Below are positions 51,551 through 60,994 of a stretch of DNA of 64,000 nucleotides, one piece after another (position 1 is the stretch's first letter; each line of letters begins with the position of its first letter). The DNA is from a virus: the IMG/VR virus record IMGVR_UViG_3300046543_000386, positions 2,754 through 66,753 of that record; one strand, given 5' to 3'. The position numbers were made by a program, and so were the translations under genes. The notes under the pieces are model-generated. The model was not told the origin of the DNA. It was given only the letters and a program-made list of their open reading frames with translations, and ran no database searches.

Positions 51551-53907
51551 GGCGCAAGGCCTGCCTCGGGCGCCTCGCCGCCCTCGGCAGGTTCACCCGT
51601 GGCCTTGTCGGCCTTGCTCACCAGCCCCTCGGCAATGGGTGCGGTGTCAGGATGCAGGATCACCTCGCGCGCGATGTTCAACATCTCCAGCTTCTCCTTG
51701 CTGGCGCGGTCGGCCTTCTTCTCATGCGCGGTGCTCAACGTCGCACCGCGCTGCGTGTCGGCCTGCTGCTGACGGGTCTGCGCGTCCATCAGCTTGGCCT
51801 GCGCGTTCATCTGATCGATCTGCGGATTGCCCGGCGCACCGCCCTTGCCCGCCAGCCCGCCAGGATTGGCCTGCGTGTCCACCTGTATCTTCTGCGCCGT
51901 TGCCTGCGCGACCTGCGCCTTGCTCGTCGCTTCCAGCTTCTTGGTGTCGGCGTTCTGCTGATCGACCTTCATCTTGGCCTGCGCCTGCTCAAGCTCAGGC
52001 GGCGGCTTGGCCTGCGCCTCGGGCGGTGCCAGGAACTGATCGGGGTTGCTGTAACCAATCGCCAAAATGGCCGCGCGGTCTATCGCCAGCGGATCATAAA
52101 GCATCGGGCTGGCCTGCTGTAGCTGCTTCAGCGCCATGATCTTCATCATCCGCTGCGTGTGGTTCGCCGTGTTGGGATCGGCCTGCGGCGTCAACTCGCA
52201 GCGATCCAACGCCGCCAGAAAACTCTGATCATCCCAGTTGCAAGACGGCTTCTTGTTGCGCTGCCAGAAACTCTCGGGGTGCTCGCGGAAGGTTCTGACC
52301 AGCAGGCGAAATTCTTCGGCTTGCGAAGCGTGCATGCGCTTATGCACCGCCGACATCACCTTGCTGGCCTGCTCGATCATGGCCAGCGTGGTGCCGACGG
52401 GAGCGTCGGCTCTACCCTCACCCACCTGCTGCTCGCTGGTGCCGCCAATCCGCATGCCGGTCTGGCTGATATCGTTCACCAGGGTCATCAGCGCGGGCGC
52501 GCCCTGCTGGTTATACGGCAGCGGCATCACCGCCTGTGAGATCGGCATGCCGCCGGTCTTCACCAGCGCGCCGCCCCCAGGTGGAATGCGAAAAATGTTG
52601 GTGTTCTGTCGCGCCCCCGTGTCAGCCATAAGAAATCCTGGGAAACACGCGAACATGCCGCCATCCAGCAACTCCCGCCACGCGGCGGTGATGGCGTTGG
52701 TGGTGTTGCCAAGTATGTGCAGTAGCCCGATATCGTAGAATCCCATGCCGGGGACGAAAACATATTTGACAAAGTTATCGCGAGCTTCAGGTAATTCTTG
52801 GTCGTCTTCATCGAAGTTGCGGACAATAGATAGGATCTTCTTTGACGAGACATCGATAGTAACTCGGTAGGGAAGCTCCAAGCCGGTTTCTTTTCCATTT
52901 ATCTTGTGCTCGTAGCCCAGCAGATCCTGCTCGCAATAAATCTCATATACTTCACGATCACGATCCTCCATCCGGCTGGTGCTCTGCGTGATGCCCTGCT
53001 GGCTGTCCTTCTCCTCCTTGGCCGCATCCAGCCTCGGCAAATCCGGCTGCGACAGATCCACGTCGCGATACACCCCCATGATCTGCAACCGCTTCACCGT
53101 CGAGGGTTTCATCATGCTGCGATGCGTGATGCGCCGCGCGTTCCTGAGATCCGTCGCGCTGTAATTCACAATCAGATCGTCGGCATCCACACTCTCGCTG
53201 ACAGGGCGATTGCGCAACGGGCAGTAATAAACCTTCTTGAACGCAGATCCGCCAAACCCAAGCATAAACAACATTCTGTCAGTGTCAGGATAATACTCCG
53301 ACGCCGTCACCGTCAGATAGTGGTTGAGGTCCTTCTCCAGATCATTGGCCTGCCGATCCTGCTCGATGAGCGACGCGTTGCCATCGTCCCTGACCTTGAC
53401 AGGTCCATCCGTCGGCAGCATCTCACCCCGGGCGTTCGCTTGGAAGCGAAGCACGGCTTCCAACAACAGCGGATGCCGCACCCGGCTCATCCCCTCCACA
53501 GGCGCGCCATCACTGGCGCCCTGCACATTCGGCACCTCAACCTTCAACCCAAGGAGCTTAATTCCTTGGGCGCGATCCTCAATCCAATCCTGACGGCTCT
53601 GCAAATCATCCTCAATCAGCCGGATCAGATCGTCGCTGATCCGCCCTAACTCCACATCCGGTAGATCTTCCGACAGATTATCAAACCAATTCTGCGGCTT
53701 GCGCTTGGCCTCGTCCTCCTCGTCAATCGGCCGCCCATCCAGGCTGATGCTGATGCTGCCATCGTCATGCTCCACCCGCAGGCCACTGACATCACCACCA
53801 GACCCGCCCGGTATCTGCTGCGGCGCGACATCGGTCTTGTAGCTGACCGCTACATCCGGCGTGCTAACCAGCCGCAGCGTCGGTGACAGCCCTGGAACGA
53901 GCGGCAA
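51547..53907 (-). CDS. portal protein
   Basis: SRQDW...HPLLLEAVLRFQANA..E.LP.DGPVK...GSAFKKVYY...GFYDIGLLHILG...PVGTTLAMIEQ; TTG start with GAGGAG RBS. Confidence 0.88.
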   Translation of the reverse strand: MPLVPGLSPTLRLVSTPDVAVSYKTDVAPQQIPGGSGGDVSGLRVEHDDGSISISLDGRPIDEEDEAKRKPQNWFDNLSEDLPDVELGRISDDLIRLIEDDLQSRQDWIEDRAQGIKLLGLKVEVPNVQGASDGAPVEGMSRVRHPLLLEAVLRFQANARGEMLPTDGPVKVRDDGNASLIEQDRQANDLEKDLNHYLTVTASEYYPDTDRMLFMLGFGGSAFKKVYYCPLRNRPVSESVDADDLIVNYSATDLRNARRITHRSMMKPSTVKRLQIMGVYRDVDLSQPDLPRLDAAKEEKDSQQGITQSTSRMEDRDREVYEIYCEQDLLGYEHKINGKETGLELPYRVTIDVSSKKILSIVRNFDEDDQELPEARDNFVKYVFVPGMGFYDIGLLHILGNTTNAITAAWRELLDGGMFACFPGFLMADTGARQNTNIFRIPPGGGALVKTGGMPISQAVMPLPYNQQGAPALMTLVNDISQTGMRIGGTSEQQVGEGRADAPVGTTLAMIEQASKVMSAVHKRMHASQAEEFRLLVRTFREHPESFWQRNKKPSCNWDDQSFLAALDRCELTPQADPNTANHTQRMMKIMALKQLQQASPMLYDPLAIDRAAILAIGYSNPDQFLAPPEAQAKPPPELEQAQAKMKVDQQNADTKKLEATSKAQVAQATAQKIQVDTQANPGGLAGKGGAPGNPQIDQMNAQAKLMDAQTRQQQADTQRGATLSTAHEKKADRASKEKLEMLNIAREVILHPDTAPIAEGLVSKADKATGEPAEGGEAPEAGLAP

Positions 53908-54112
53908 GTGCGTATCTCCTCTGGTAGATCGCCATAGCCTCCTGCACCGCACGATAATCCGCCGCAGCCTTCAGGAAAAACGTCTCGACGCAGTTGATCA
54001 GATCCGGCGACCATATAGTAATAAGGTACGTCTCCAACCCCACCTGATCCGCCTGCGCCATCAGGCGCAACTGCACCGTCGGCTCAAACTGCAATTGCGG
54101 GGTGATGATCAC
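53864..54112 (-). CDS. hypothetical protein
   Basis: Coupled small ORF between TerL and portal. Confidence 0.45.
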   Translation of the reverse strand: MIITPQLQFEPTVQLRLMAQADQVGLETYLITIWSPDLINCVETFFLKAAADYRAVQEAMAIYQRRYALAARSRAVTDAAAG

Positions 54113-54366
54113 GGCGGCGCCTTCGACTGCGACAACGTCGCCACACCACGCAAAATCTCATTCGGCGTCAGGCTCGGCCGCACCAGCGGCGCCAAGTCAA
54201 CCCCCATGTTGCTCGCACTATGCGGCCACCGCTGCGATAACGGCGGATAGTCCGATCCCGTCACAAACTCAACCCGCTTCACCTCACCCGTCGGGTGAAA
54301 CTCAATCGCCTTCACCGACGGACATAACCGGCCATGGCGCCCGCCACACCACCCGCACTCCGTCAC
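54109..54366 (-). CDS. small Cys/His protein
   Basis: CGWCGGRHGRLCPSVKAIEF.P.GEVKRVEF; GAGGAGG RBS. Confidence 0.6.
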   Translation of the reverse strand: MTECGWCGGRHGRLCPSVKAIEFHPTGEVKRVEFVTGSDYPPLSQRWPHSASNMGVDLAPLVRPSLTPNEILRGVATLSQSKAPP

Positions 54367-54770
54367 GCCGCCTCCTCCGACCCCGGCACGTGCTCAACCC
54401 TCGGCGCCTCAGGCGGAATGGGCGGCACCGGAGGATCAGGCACTATCCCACTCGGCGGATCATGCGGCTCAGGCGGCGGCACCGCCTGCACATCAGGATG
54501 CGGCGGCGGCGGCGGCGCCATCGTCGGCGGAACCACCGGAGCACCCGTCGCCCCCACCAACACCCCATACGGCAACGGCGGCGCCAACGTCACCTCGGTG
54601 ATCGGCACCAAACTGCGGTCCAACCCCTGCAACGCAGTGTCAAATTGCGACCTCGCAATGTGCAGCCACGTCTGGTTCTGCCCAACCGTGGCCGCCTCCA
54701 CCCGCGCCACCTCAGCGGCAATCGTCACCGCCAGCGCCGCAACCCCCGCATCCTTGTAGCCCTCCATCAC
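54363..54770 (-). CDS. hypothetical Pro-rich protein
   Basis: Coupled ORF. Confidence 0.55.
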   Translation of the reverse strand: MMEGYKDAGVAALAVTIAAEVARVEAATVGQNQTWLHIARSQFDTALQGLDRSLVPITEVTLAPPLPYGVLVGATGAPVVPPTMAPPPPPHPDVQAVPPPEPHDPPSGIVPDPPVPPIPPEAPRVEHVPGSEEAA

Positions 54771-55063
54771 TTCTTGTCCTTCTTGCCGCCCTTCTTGCCG
54801 TTGTCGTCGTCGTCACGATCACCCTGCTGATCGTCATGCTTGCCCGCCACCTTGGGCGCCGCATGCGGCGGCTCCATCGGCGCCTCCTTGGCCGTAGGCT
54901 CCTCCACAGGCGGCGCCACCGGAAAATTCGCCGCCACCACCTCAGGCGCCATCACCTCAGGCGCCTCAGGCTTGTGCTCCACCCCATGCTCGACCGGCGC
55001 ACCCGGCACCGGATCAGCCATCGGCTTGTCATGGTGCGCAACCGGCTTGTCATGTTCCGCCAT
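54767..55063 (-). CDS. hypothetical low-complexity protein
   Basis: MAEHDKPV..., GGAGTAGGA RBS, ends KKGGKKDKK. Confidence 0.55.
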   Translation of the reverse strand: MAEHDKPVAHHDKPMADPVPGAPVEHGVEHKPEAPEVMAPEVVAANFPVAPPVEEPTAKEAPMEPPHAAPKVAGKHDDQQGDRDDDDNGKKGGKKDKK

Positions 55064-55253
55064 CGTTCCTACTCCCCACGCTTGTAATTGCCGCATCCGT
55101 CAGATACCGCGCCAGCCCCGCCACCGCATCGCCGGGCAACACGATCTCATCACACTCTACGCCCTTCCCGCCCGGCGCCGCACTCCATACCTCCACGTGC
55201 AGCCGACCCTCGCGATCCCGCCCCACCCGCACACGCTCAGTGATCTCCACCAT
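55050..55253 (-). CDS. hypothetical protein
   Basis: Overlaps both neighbours; start uncertain. Confidence 0.5.
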   Translation of the reverse strand: MVEITERVRVGRDREGRLHVEVWSAAPGGKGVECDEIVLPGDAVAGLARYLTDAAITSVGSRNDGGT

Positions 55254-55488
55254 CCTGAACGCCATCACCACCCCCCAACCCATCCTCGATCAATTCAAGG
55301 GCGTGCTTGCGGATACCGTTGGCAATGATCAGCGCCCGCTCCCTGTCCACCCCAACCTCCAAAGCAGTACGCCCCACCAACTGCTCGATAATCCTGATCC
55401 GCGTCATGCCGTTGTGCCGTTCCAATATCGCACAGATGTTCTGGAACGCCTCCAACGATGCGGCCGTGAACGCGCGCTTGCCCGCCAT
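55237..55488 (-). CDS. hypothetical protein
   Basis: GAGGAG RBS, TGATG coupling. Confidence 0.58.
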   Translation of the reverse strand: MAGKRAFTAASLEAFQNICAILERHNGMTRIRIIEQLVGRTALEVGVDRERALIIANGIRKHALELIEDGLGGGDGVQDGGDH

Positions 55489-55703
55489 CACTCCTCGCCC
55501 TCCCGCCACATGGCGATGATCTCAAGGACGTGCCGGTGCATATTCCCGGCAATCCGTTCCGCGTCCGCATGCGTGTCGCCCGCCAGCAACGCAAACCGCG
55601 CCACCACAACCGATATCATCTGCCACTGCATCTCCAAGGTCTTGCCGTCCAGTATGGCGTTGATCTCCGTCAACTCGGGCGGATACGTCGCTGATATCGT
55701 CAC
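55488..55703 (-). CDS. hypothetical protein
   Basis: GTGA overlap with the TerL stop. Confidence 0.58.
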   Translation of the reverse strand: MTISATYPPELTEINAILDGKTLEMQWQMISVVVARFALLAGDTHADAERIAGNMHRHVLEIIAMWREGEE

Positions 55704-57373
55704 GCCGGATACAACGGCTGCAACGGCTTGGTGAACTTCATCGCCTCCTCCAACTCGGCCTCACGCTCAGGCGAACGCACCAGCAACCCCAGATCCCTGA
55801 GATGCCGCACACCCTGGCTCATCGCGTCCACCAGATCATCGTTGCGCCCCTTGGGGAAGCTCGCGCACTGCTGGATCACCGTGTCCGCCCAATTGCGATC
55901 CGGCGCGAACACCGTGCCCTCCGCGAACAGCGGCGCCACACTGTGCAGCCGCGCCACCTTGTCGAGGTTCTTGGGGTCGTACAACTGCATCGCGAAATCC
56001 TCCGTCGCCCCGTAAATCCGCCGCAACTCCTGGCCGACGCTGATGCCTGCGGCCTTGTTCTCCACCAGCACCTTGTCCACCTTCAGGTCCCGGCACGTCT
56101 TCGCCACCTTCTTTACGAGGTCGTGCAGTTCAAGCTTCTCCTGCCACGCCGTCATCAGCATCACCCTCGGCAGCCCGTTGATCTCGTCGTGCTCCACCAC
56201 CTCGCTGTCACGCACGCGACCGTATCGATCCACGTGCCGAGTGACCATGGTCTCGCTGCTGCCATACCAGATGCCCAGCACCACCAGCGCGCTGTAGTCG
56301 TTCTCGGTCTTCGCCGTGTAGGCGCAGTCCAGGCTGGCCAGGATGTAGCTGAACGGCGGGAACTCGTTGGGCACCCAGGTCTGCCACCATTCCGCCTTCA
56401 GAATGCCGCCGCCCGCAGGCGCCGGGCGCTGCTGCAACTGCCCGGCCGTGCCGTAAGGACCCAGGGTCTTCTCCAGCAGCAGCACCTGCTCCTCATCGAA
56501 CCGCTCGGGCCACAGCAGTTCGCCCTCCACCCGGCGCGGGTCGCGCCACGTGACCGCACGGCCGTCCTCGGTGTGCTCCGGGGGCACCAGCACGGTGTAG
56601 AAGCTGCGGTCGGCCTCGTAGCGCATCGGCAGGCACAGATGCACGAACTCGGGGTGCGCCTCCAGTATGTGCCCGCTGATGTCCAACTCGTTCAGCCGCT
56701 GCGCGATGACGATGCGCGCGCCATAGCCCGGCCTGCTGTTGTTCAGCCGGTTGTAGAACGCGCTCTGCCACCAATCGATGGTCGAGCGCAGCACCGCCTC
56801 GCTGTTGCTCTCCGTGGCGTTGTTCAGGTCGTCGCCAATCAGATAGGTCGCGCCCAGGCCGGTGGTAGCGCTACCCACGGAGATGGCGATCCTGGCGCCG
56901 TTGTGGTCCGTGGCGAAGCGGGTCTTCGTGTTCTGGTCCTCGGTCAGGCTGAAGCGGTCGCCCCACCTGCGGCGGTACCAGTCACTAAGTAATAAGGTAC
57001 GGCATCGGACACTGTCCTGCACGCTCAGGCTCATGCCGTAGCTGGCACACAGGAAGCTGGCGCCCGGCCCGGCCAGCGGCGTGCGCCCTGGCTGGGCATA
57101 CACCCAGGCGGGCAGCATGGTGCCCACGATGGTCGATTTGCTGAACCTGGGCGGCACGTTGATCAGCAGCCCCTGGATGTGGCCGTCCACGACGGCCTCT
57201 AGGTGCTCGCTGATGGCGTCGATTACATAGCCGCCATGGGCGAACGGCGCGCTGTCGATGGCGGGCCACGCGGCGGCCGTGAAGGCCGCCAGCGACTGCT
57301 CTAGCTCGGCGCGCTCGATCTCCAGCAGCACCTCGCTGGTGTCGATCAGCGTGCCCTTGTGGCGGATCAGCAT
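55700..57373 (-). CDS. terL: terminase large subunit
   Basis: LLINVPPRFSKS Walker A, LIGDDLNN Walker B, IAQRL coupling motif, SLDCAY, VLVENKAAG, FPKGRNDDLVDAMSQ nuclease motifs. Confidence 0.95.
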   Translation of the reverse strand: MLIRHKGTLIDTSEVLLEIERAELEQSLAAFTAAAWPAIDSAPFAHGGYVIDAISEHLEAVVDGHIQGLLINVPPRFSKSTIVGTMLPAWVYAQPGRTPLAGPGASFLCASYGMSLSVQDSVRCRTLLLSDWYRRRWGDRFSLTEDQNTKTRFATDHNGARIAISVGSATTGLGATYLIGDDLNNATESNSEAVLRSTIDWWQSAFYNRLNNSRPGYGARIVIAQRLNELDISGHILEAHPEFVHLCLPMRYEADRSFYTVLVPPEHTEDGRAVTWRDPRRVEGELLWPERFDEEQVLLLEKTLGPYGTAGQLQQRPAPAGGGILKAEWWQTWVPNEFPPFSYILASLDCAYTAKTENDYSALVVLGIWYGSSETMVTRHVDRYGRVRDSEVVEHDEINGLPRVMLMTAWQEKLELHDLVKKVAKTCRDLKVDKVLVENKAAGISVGQELRRIYGATEDFAMQLYDPKNLDKVARLHSVAPLFAEGTVFAPDRNWADTVIQQCASFPKGRNDDLVDAMSQGVRHLRDLGLLVRSPEREAELEEAMKFTKPLQPLYPA

Positions 57374-57564
57374 GAAGGTGGCGGCTCGCGTTGCAGCCGC
57401 CAGTAATCTTCGAACTGCTCGATCTCGGTGAGATAGCGCACCATCTGCTCGGGCGTGAACCCGCAAATGCCCGCCACCTGCCCGTCGGTCAGTTCCGGGT
57501 GATCCGTCATTAGGTCCGCCAGCATGCGCGCCTCGTTGGTCAGTACCTTATTACTTGTCGCCAT
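57367..57564 (-). CDS. hypothetical protein
   Basis: 65 aa ORF overlapping the terS end and terL start. Confidence 0.55.
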   Translation of the reverse strand: MATSNKVLTNEARMLADLMTDHPELTDGQVAGICGFTPEQMVRYLTEIEQFEDYWRLQREPPPSC

Positions 57565-58138
57565 TGCGTTCCGCCTCCTCGATGGCCAGCAGCGTCGCCT
57601 TCAGCGCGCGGCGAGTGGCCGGGTCGAGGCTACGCACGTCGATGATGGTTCGTTGCTCATCGGCATCGTCAGGCGGCGGCAGGGCGGGCTTGTCGCGGTC
57701 GCCCCAGAACGCCGGGTTGAGCTTGCCCATCACCCACCGCCTCGCATCGATCCGTAAACGATCTCGTTGCGGATTAGGCGGTTCGTCGGTGTCGGTCAGC
57801 GGCAGTTCGCCATCTGCGATCATTACGATCTCATCAGCATATCGTTCCACAAGCATGTGTCTTGCCTGCGCGTATCTTTGACGCAACTCGGGCGAGCCGA
57901 CCAACCATCTGAACCAGCTTCGATACGAAGGATAAGGCGGCGTTCCATCGCAAATGACTGATATCTTTCCTCCTTTAGACACTTGTTCCAATATTGAATT
58001 GAATACCTTCTCGTTGTATTGCATCGGCGGACCAAGCCGTTTTTGTTCCAGCTTCAGCACGTCTGTGTTCGCATAGACCGCGCTACGCTCGGCACCATTG
58101 TTGTAGCGCTCGCGCTTGACGGGGGCGTCTTTTGCCAC
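57551..58138 (-). CDS. terS: terminase small subunit
   Basis: HTH (ISVIC...PSYRSWFRW), ELRQRYAQAR...ADEIVMIAD, RDRLRIDARRWVMGKLNP.FWGDR; upstream of terL. Confidence 0.85.
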   Translation of the reverse strand: MAKDAPVKRERYNNGAERSAVYANTDVLKLEQKRLGPPMQYNEKVFNSILEQVSKGGKISVICDGTPPYPSYRSWFRWLVGSPELRQRYAQARHMLVERYADEIVMIADGELPLTDTDEPPNPQRDRLRIDARRWVMGKLNPAFWGDRDKPALPPPDDADEQRTIIDVRSLDPATRRALKATLLAIEEAERNGDK

Positions 58139-58147
58139 GGCTTGCGC

Positions 58148-58426
58148 TCAATGAGCCGCAGCAGGATCGCCTGCCTTTTGAAGCTCAAATTTGGCCTCGA
58201 TGGTTTCGCGGAAGCGGACGAAATCATGGGGGTCATCGAAGCGTCGTGCGAGTTCGACCTCGCAGACATCGGCCACGAGGGCGGCTTTCTTGGAACCTTC
58301 TTGCATGGCGCGCACCATGAGTTCAGCGAGTTCCTCGTTGGATCTGTCCTTGAGCGAGTGCAGGTAGGTATCGAGCACGTGCGATGCGAGGGCGACCTTG
58401 TAGCGAATTTTCTTGGGGATGCGCAT
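58148..58426 (-). CDS. hypothetical protein
   Basis: CAAGGACCA RBS motif. Confidence 0.6.
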   Translation of the reverse strand: MRIPKKIRYKVALASHVLDTYLHSLKDRSNEELAELMVRAMQEGSKKAALVADVCEVELARRFDDPHDFVRFRETIEAKFELQKAGDPAAAH

Positions 58427-58505
58427 GGGATGGTCCTTGAACGCGTGAGGGGCGCCCTGGGGCGCCCCTGTGATGTTACGCGGCTTGTGGTGTGGGTTTC
58501 CAGTG

Positions 58506-58844
58506 CTAGCCGATGCGCTCCTCGATGCGGCTGGCGGTGGCGTTGGCGCCGACCAGCAGGGCGTCCATCGCTGGATTGTCGCTGTGATCGGAGATCACTT
58601 CGTAGGGCATGTTGCCGTAGACCAGCCACACCTTGCCGACCGGCCTGCCATCCGCGTTACGGAACTGAAGGACGTCTTCGTCGGTGGTCCTGAGGGCGGC
58701 GATGATCTCGCGCAGTTTGCTGGACCGTTTCACGGTCCACTCTTCGCCGTCGTAAACCGACACGGTGCAATTGAGGACCAGGGCATCGGCCACCAGTTTA
58801 CGGACGATGGAGAGTTCCAGGGCGAGGCGTTTTTCGTTGGTCAT
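58506..58844 (-). CDS. hypothetical early phage protein
   Basis: SVYDGEEWTVKRS...VWLVYGN...VISDHSDN; GGAGG RBS. Confidence 0.68.
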   Translation of the reverse strand: MTNEKRLALELSIVRKLVADALVLNCTVSVYDGEEWTVKRSSKLREIIAALRTTDEDVLQFRNADGRPVGKVWLVYGNMPYEVISDHSDNPAMDALLVGANATASRIEERIG

Positions 58845-58847
58845 GGC

Positions 58848-58973
58848 TCAGAACCCTCCGGTGAGTTCGATGAGCCAGCGGCTGCCTTTCTGCTGGGCTT
58901 CGAAGGTCAGGCCTTCGCGCACCAGGGCGGCGATGATCTTGGCGAGGTCGTCAATGTCGGTCCAGATGAACAT
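58848..58973 (-). CDS. 41-aa hypothetical protein
   Basis: MFIWTDIDDLAKIIAALVREGLTFEA...IELTGGF; CAAGGACCAA RBS. Confidence 0.6.
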   Translation of the reverse strand: MFIWTDIDDLAKIIAALVREGLTFEAQQKGSRWLIELTGGF

Positions 58974-59022
58974 GATGCTTGGTCCTTGTGCGGGGGCGCC
59001 TGGGGGGGCGCCCCCTGGGGTT

Positions 59023-59385
59023 TCAGAAGATCGGCTCTTCGTGGGCGTGCAGGCTGGCCCAGGCGTCGGCGCGGTTTTCGGCGGCGCGCATGGCGGCGAT
59101 TTCGCCGTCCTCGTCCTCGATGTATTCGTCTGGCTCGTCCTGCTCGGCGTGGTGGTCGATGGCATCGACGGCGCAGCGCAGCGCGAGCAGCACGGCTTCG
59201 CGGGTGGCGGCGCGGTAATCCAGCAGGCGGCCGCAGTAGTTGGCGGTCAGGCACCATGCGCGTTCGCGGGGCAGGTTGGTGAGGGTGCCGACATTGCAGG
59301 TACGGCGCAGGGCGCCAGAGGCGAGGATGTTCCAGATCGGGACCGACTGAGCGACGCGGCGGGCGGTGAGGATGGTCTGTGCCAT
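59023..59385 (-). CDS. hypothetical protein
   Basis: CAAGGACCAA RBS. Confidence 0.62.
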   Translation of the reverse strand: MAQTILTARRVAQSVPIWNILASGALRRTCNVGTLTNLPRERAWCLTANYCGRLLDYRAATREAVLLALRCAVDAIDHHAEQDEPDEYIEDEDGEIAAMRAAENRADAWASLHAHEEPIF

Positions 59386-59457
59386 AGGAATTTGGTCCTT
59401 GCTTTTATCAGGTTGGAGGCGGGTGGCGGGCCTTCCGGCCCGCCGGTTGTTAGTGGA

Positions 59458-59628
59458 TCAGTCTTCCTGAAAGACGGCGGCGGCGGTCTCGTGGGCTTCG
59501 ACGGCGTCCTCGTAGGCGTTGCGGAGCACCGCCTCGTAGCGGCGGTCCACGTTCACCGTGAGCCTCATCAGCGAGCGGTAGGCCGCCTCCACCGCGTCTT
59601 CCAGGGCCTTAAATTCAGCGTAGGTCAT
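59458..59628 (-). CDS. hypothetical protein
   Basis: MTYAEFKALE..., AAGGACCA RBS, first gene after the 59.7 kb promoter. Confidence 0.6.
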   Translation of the reverse strand: MTYAEFKALEDAVEAAYRSLMRLTVNVDRRYEAVLRNAYEDAVEAHETAAAVFQED

Positions 59629-59666
59629 GGTCTGGTCCTTTCGCGGCATACCGTGCCGGTGCCCCG

Positions 59667-59696
59667 TAGATACGATCCTGTTGACACACTGTCAAC
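59667..59696 (-). promoter_or_regulatory. sigma70-type promoter with palindromic operator
   Basis: Minus strand TTGACA-N17-TATCTA; perfect palindrome GTTGAC-ACACT-GTCAAC at 59680-59696. Confidence 0.68.
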
Positions 59697-59905
59697 ATCC
59701 CCTCGTGCCTCGCGCGCATCACGTGCGCGTGTGCGCGCCCTGCGCGTGCGCGCGCGTGCGTGCCCTGGGGGCGCGCGCGTGCGAGGATGCCTGTGGATGC
59801 CCGCAGGGGCGCCTGTGGTGCTGGGACATATGTGCGGTCACCCCCTGCCCTCAGGCGCGGCCTGCGGCCATCTACGGGCATCACTGCCCTACGCTGCCCT
59901 GCGGG

Positions 59906-60217
59906 CTACGCGTCGTCCTCGGGGTGTTCGCGGCCAGGAAACGCTTTCCACCTCGCCAGCCGTGGCCCGGTCTGCCCTGTCTCCTCGATGGTCAGGCCCG
60001 CGAGACGGTGCAGGGAAGGCCCGTGGAGGCGTTCTACGCCCGTCTGGGGGTCTACCCCCACCCAAGGCCCGTCAGGCGCTCCAGCGCCGCACAGCCGACG
60101 CGCAAGGGCCATGCAGGCGCCGTGGCGCGTGGTGGTGCTGTAGGCGGTGCCCTGCCAGTCGCAGGTAGCGGTATCGCGGCCGATTGTGTCGGTGGCCAGC
60201 AGCGTGAACACATACAT
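59906..60217 (-). CDS. hypothetical protein
   Basis: MYVFTLLAT..., CAAGGACCAA RBS. Confidence 0.6.
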   Translation of the reverse strand: MYVFTLLATDTIGRDTATCDWQGTAYSTTTRHGACMALARRLCGAGAPDGPWVGVDPQTGVERLHGPSLHRLAGLTIEETGQTGPRLARWKAFPGREHPEDDA

Positions 60218-60233
60218 GGCGTTGGTCCTTGTT

Positions 60234-60773
60234 TTAAAATGGGATCTCGTCGTCTTTGCCCAGCTTTGCCGACAGGTTGGCATACGACACGGCGGTCACG
60301 GTGGCGCCCGGGAAGGTGCTTTTGATCAGCCCCACCTTTTCCGCGTAATGCCCCAGCAATCTGCCGATTTCCTCCAGGCTGTACACCGCCATGGTGCGGT
60401 TCTGGCGGGCCACCAGGGCCGCCTCCGTGGTGGTGCGGGTGATGGCGATCACCTCGCCATCGGGGGAGATCACCTCCCACACGTCCGGTGACAGGTGCTT
60501 GTGCCCGGCTTCCAGGGCGGCTTTGTCGAGCGCGTTCCAGCCTGTCAGCGTGCGCTTCGCCTCGTGGCGCAGTTCATCCAGGCTGCCGTCGCGTATGGCG
60601 TGGTTGAGCCGCTCGCACTGGCGGTCGAAGCGCAGGCGAAGCTCCTCGGCCACCAGCAGGCGCAGGCGCCCGATGCCCCAGGCCATCTCAAGCTCATGGG
60701 CGCGGTGATCCAGGCCGTCGAGGATAGCGCTGCCAGCGACGTGATCGTGCAGCCAGGAGGGGTTGTTGGTCAT
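60234..60773 (-). CDS. hypothetical replication-module protein
   Basis: MTNNPSWL...WGIGRLRLLV...KSTFPGATV; SSB-like tail DDEIPF; GGAG RBS. Confidence 0.68.
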   Translation of the reverse strand: MTNNPSWLHDHVAGSAILDGLDHRAHELEMAWGIGRLRLLVAEELRLRFDRQCERLNHAIRDGSLDELRHEAKRTLTGWNALDKAALEAGHKHLSPDVWEVISPDGEVIAITRTTTEAALVARQNRTMAVYSLEEIGRLLGHYAEKVGLIKSTFPGATVTAVSYANLSAKLGKDDEIPF

Positions 60774-60994
60774 CGGATACGCTCCAGCCCTTTTGCGGTG
60801 GGCAGCAGGATATCGGCCTGCTGCGCCAGCCCGGCCTGAGCCAGAGCCTGGAGCGCGCGCTGCACCTTGGCGATGTTGGGCGATCCCGCGTCGCTCACCC
60901 ACCCGGCTTGGCGGGCGATGCCCCGGATGCTGATGCCGGGATATCGGTGCAGGCATTTCAACACGAGGCGTTGGTCATCGGTAATGGTGGCCAT
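60770..60994 (-). CDS. winged-helix/HTH DNA-binding protein
   Basis: PGISIRGIARQAGW...IAKVQRALQALAQAGL...PTAKG. Confidence 0.7.
   Translation of the reverse strand: MATITDDQRLVLKCLHRYPGISIRGIARQAGWVSDAGSPNIAKVQRALQALAQAGLAQQADILLPTAKGLERIR

Noticed and set aside
58765-60168. 467-aa plus-strand ORF
   Set aside because: Crosses several minus-strand genes that have clear RBS motifs and a promoter; not protein-like
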